A stretch of 64,000 bases of DNA from Podarcis muralis (taxonomy: Eukaryota): contig NC_135664.1 of NCBI RefSeq assembly GCF_964188315.1, positions 51,522,001 to 51,586,000 on the forward strand, in the 5' to 3' direction. Below, in pieces: positions 59,773 through 64,000 of this stretch; position 1 is the first letter of the stretch; every line of letters starts with the position of its first letter. Position numbers and translations under genes: made by a program. Below the pieces are notes generated by a model. The model made no database searches and was not told the DNA's origin. It saw only the letters and a list, made by a program, of their open reading frames with translations.

Positions 59773-61985
59773 TGGTATTCTAAAAATTCAGAGTATGTCT
59801 GAGCTTTCAACAAAGGGAAATAATCTTATCTACCTCCTTTGCTTTTAGGTTTTGTTCTTATCTTCTGAAAAGATGTTTACACTTCATGCAAGCCTTCTAA
59901 ACACTATTATTCTTTTAACATAAGATAGCATTGTACTGTTTGGCAATAAATTAAGCCAAATGCAGGAGTATCCAATAAGACAAGATTCATTATTATAACC
60001 ACTAACTAGCTCTACTATGAACATGCTGCCAATCCTATGCACACTTATATTGCAGCAAAACTCATTGAACCAGTTCAATATCTGAGTAAACACACATAGG
60101 ATTGTACTGTAAGACTTAGCTACCTCCAAAATCCAGGGTTAATGCACCAGTGTTGTGATGTTAAGTAACGCTATAGCACAGAAAGCTTTGCAAATGCTAA
60201 GCCTGAACGATCAAGGCAACCTCCATTGCAAGAACATGCCACTGCAATACAGATAGTGTATTCTACCAAAGGGTAGAAGAGCTCTTGTAACTTTATACAA
60301 GGGAGCTTCAGTGAGTGCAACTCATCATGCAGGGATCAGGAAAGCTGTGACTGCTGAATTTTCCTCTACTTCTGCACAATGATTAAGAGGTACAGAATCT
60401 CTGGTCTCATTGCATCTGGTGATTCTAACAATAAGCTTTGCATGAGCTGAGCTGCTAGATTGAAGGAGAACTCTTTGTATGATGAAATCAACAAATATTG
60501 TAAGAGGTAAGTATGTTAAAATTAGAATGTACATATAATGGCATGGCCAATGGAAATTGTAGTCCAACAACATCTGGAGGGTTCTGTCTTACAAATAAGG
60601 GAAGATTGACTATGGCGAGGTACGTGCATTGAGTAGCAGCTAGCATTACTCTTGACCATTCATAAATATTAGAGAAAGCTGCAACAGAGATGGTGTGATC
60701 ATGGTCCATTGTAATCAGTGGAAGTCTTGCCATTGATTCTAGTGACAGATGGACTCTTACTGTTAATTGCATGCACTATTATTTCACACTAGCTAAATTT
60801 GATTAGAAGGGATGGGAAGATTCTACTCCTTACCTGAATCCTTCTGCTCTACCCCTCACCCTCCCATCCATCAATGAAGTCATGCCCTAGAATTGCCATG
60901 CAGGGTTGGGACAGTGAGCTAGCAAGCATAATCTTGTCACATGCTGCTTTTTCATTTCCCCCATAGGAATGAATATTAACCATTCACTTATACGGCATGA
61001 GCTAAGGGATACAGCTAAACCTTGCCCTGGTGATCCATGAATGTAAAATGAGAAGGTCCTCCTTTCAGCTGTGTCTCATAATGCTACTTGCTTATCTGTT
61101 GCACCACCAGAGCCATTACGAACTAAGCTAAACTGTATATGGATGGTCTTGTGTTTGGCCGTCTGGACAAAGCTAAGCCACAAGCCCTGGCTTAGGTGAC
61201 ACACTAAGCCAAACCATGGTCTAAGATCAGCACAGGAGCAGAATGACTGGAGAGGAGCAAAGCAGCGACAATCTCCTCACCGGAAGCCTGAACATTGGCT
61301 CATTCATGCTAGGTTTGGCTTCGTGTTATGTGCAAACTGGGCCATAATAACAAAAGGAAAGCTAACACTGTACAGTGTTAAACATGAGTCGGTCATTATG
61401 AAATATCCTTTTGTGCCCTTTAGAAGAATCTTAAAATACAACAGAGTATCAGAACAAGAGATTCCAATCAGTTGCTTCAATTTGGTTCCCTTGATTTCAC
61501 CATTCTGCACCTTGGCTTGTTCAGATTCTGGTTTTGCCTCCCAAGGTTTATATCAGAAGGGTACATCTCTTGGTGGAGGTGAGACACACATAATAATGCA
61601 AACACAGCTTAGATCCCATTGAACGTGAAAGCTCATACCGCAGCCCTGCACCTACAGTATGCATGCATCTGAATAACATACTGTAATGCCTTTCCCATTA
61701 TGAAGCTGTCTGGATTTGTTGGCAGGGAGGAGAAGCATTACAGTTTGGTTGGACACCTTTTTTAAAAGATGAAAAACTATCCCAGGGAGGCTGATGCATC
61801 AGCTTTGTTGCATCTTCTGTGCCTGAAGCTTTCAGTAAACAAGCAGCGACATGAATGAAATCTCCCAGCAAAAGACTGCGTTGAGCAGCTCCCACGTAAC
61901 AAAATTTTATTTCTCCTCTCTCTCTCTCTGTCTCTCAGCTTCAGTTACAGTTCTACCATTTCCTGTGGAAAAACGAAGGCTTTTG

Positions 61986-61986
<1 letters not shown>

Positions 61987-62026
<40 letters not shown>
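61987..62026. repeat. (GT)n microsatellite
   Basis: Directly visible. Confidence 0.97.
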
Positions 62027-62030
<4 letters not shown>

Positions 62031-64000
62031 CGCAATATGCAGCCCAAACGCATGAGAAGCCTCTACAAAAATATACACAGAAGAGGGAGACAAAACAGAG
62101 GTACTCAGCCAAACACTCGGTCCTGGAGTTCACTGCAGATGTAAATAATGCTCAGAGACGTCCCCCTCCCCAAATATCTCTTTCCTCCCTCCCACCATGC
62201 CATCCACTGTAGCTGCAGTTTCTGGGGGAGGGGAGGGAGTACCACATGTGTTTTTTATCCTTATCCACACACATACCTACTGAAAAGGAAAAGCCAGGAA
62301 TGTCAGGAAGTTTCCCCTGCCTCCGCCACCAGTCCTTAACAGAACTGTGCACATTTCTGGAGATGCACAAGTGAAGATAATAATAACAATCCTGGTCCTG
62401 GTCTCTTCCCCCCACCAGACATCCCTAGATCTGTATGATTCAAACCTTATGGGTAGCCACCAACAGTTCAGTGCTTTGCTCACAAATGGGAGTGGGGAGA
62501 GAGATGAGTGGGAAAGAGGCTGGTAAAGTGAAAAGAGGGTCAAAATTCAACGAAGAAGCTGGTATCCATCCCAGGTTCTCAGCTTTTCCATGTTCCATTA
62601 AAATTGTTAGAGGTTAAGGGGTAGAAAGGACTTGGGGACTGTAAAAAGGTAGTGTGCATGCACACGAAAGCTCATACCAAGAACTAACTTAGTTGGTCTT
62701 TAAGGTGCTACTGGAAGGAATTTTTTTTGTAAAAAGGTAGGTTTCTTAAAATAATTATACTGCTACCTCACATTAAAAATAAAAATAAAAACCTACTTCG
62801 CAGTCTCAAAATGAAGAGGACATAGGAAGGAACTGGAATGAGGAAGCAGCAGGGTGGGGTTTATTCATGATTGCCTCAAGCCCAAACCTGAAGGCAACCA
62901 CCAAGCTCTGACTTTGGTGAGCCACTAAGGAGAAGAAGGAAAAATGGGACAGGATTCAAAGGCCTTGTCCTGCAAGTTGGAGGACACCTTGAGCTTTCCT
63001 TGAGCTGTGTGCACACGTGCATGGGGACAATAGCAGTGGCTTTTTGAATGCACATGCACCCAGTTTTTAGGATCAGTTAAGGGCCGCATTCCTATTTCAG
63101 TGTCCTCGTGTGCTTTCTGTGCCACGTGTGCAAAAGGTTTGATGTGAAGCATAATGTCAGCCCTCCATTGTTCAGTGTAAAACCTACAGCCACAAACTTC
63201 CCCAGACTAGCTAGGCAAGCAGGAAAACTCTTCCAAGCTAGCTGGCAAGAAACATGGTGACCGTCACAGCTGTGAACAGAGGGAGCATAAAGTACCTCTC
63301 AGTGGTGGCTGGTGCCCGTTGGGACTAGTAAAACAGAAGGCAGAGCAGCCTACAGTAGGTGATGCCAAAGCCAATGACAGGCAGGGCCAGCTAATTTTGT
63401 CTCCTTCCTCCTCCCGACTGAGATGAAGGAAGAGGAAACCTGCAGGCAGAGCCACTCTCTGGATTGGTTGTAAGTGAGGAAGGAGACAGATGGGAGCTAA
63501 CTAAGGGCAGACTGAGCTCAGTGGGGCAGTGCCCTGTTCCACCCAACGCACTCGCTGCAGCTGGTACCTCTGTGGTTACCTTTGTTGAAGAAAGAGCACA
63601 AATTTGCACATACCCTCCCCTTTCCAGAGTATCCTTGGTATGAGAAAATCCAGACTGAGGGAGAGGAAAGTGTGTGGAGATAGCAATTTGGAGGAGGTCA
63701 TATGGACAATGGCAAATTAATGGAGGTGCAGGAAGCTTATAATCCACTTCAAACAACAGTATGGATGAGCCTCGTGTGGCTGAACTAGAGTAGTGGCAAC
63801 GAAGATTAATCAGTGACATATCCAAAGCCATTTTGAAGTCGTTAATCTGAAGTCTCTGGGAAGCTGGGAGCTGGCACTTTCCCCATCGCCTGGGCTGAGG
63901 ATTCCTTCCCCTTTTGTAGCATGCCAAATCAGCTGCTGCTTAACTGGCTGTGGCACATCTGGAAAGTGTGCAAAGTCCAGTGGGATTTGGTAAAACCAAG

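Noticed and set aside
63391-63927. 178-aa minus-strand ORF as a gene
   Set aside because: No recognisable domain, convincing splice sites or coding-like composition.
1-64000. CRISPR arrays, operons, rRNA or other prokaryotic/phage systems
   Set aside because: No regularly spaced repeat-spacer units or gene-dense regions. The sequence is vertebrate repeat-rich DNA, and nearly all short ORFs in the track are chance or TE-derived.

Overview
This is AT-rich vertebrate genomic DNA, not prokaryotic. The repeat content (Sauria SINEs with ACCTTT tails, CR1/L2/L1 LINE fragments, hAT and Tigger-like MITEs) indicates a squamate, probably a lacertid lizard (inference). No host protein-coding exon could be recognised, so the window looks intronic or intergenic; only weak candidate minus-strand exons were seen. 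The dominant feature is a complete, very young Ty1/Copia LTR retrotransposon on the minus strand (54608-59772). It has 446-bp LTRs differing at one base, a 5-bp TSD (TGGTA), one uninterrupted 1320-aa gag-pol ORF, a PBS matching the 5' half of initiator tRNA-Met, non-canonical TG...GA termini and an ISRE-consensus motif at the U3 end of each LTR. Also notable: a probable solo Gypsy-type LTR containing a 129-aa ORF with an HMGN-like RRSARL motif, a 62-bp fold-back inverted duplication across a MITE/SINE junction, nested hAT elements, a 5'-truncated L1 with TSD plus an inverted sister fragment, and a candidate 30-nt microexon. All alignments and counts were made by eye; no database searches were run.
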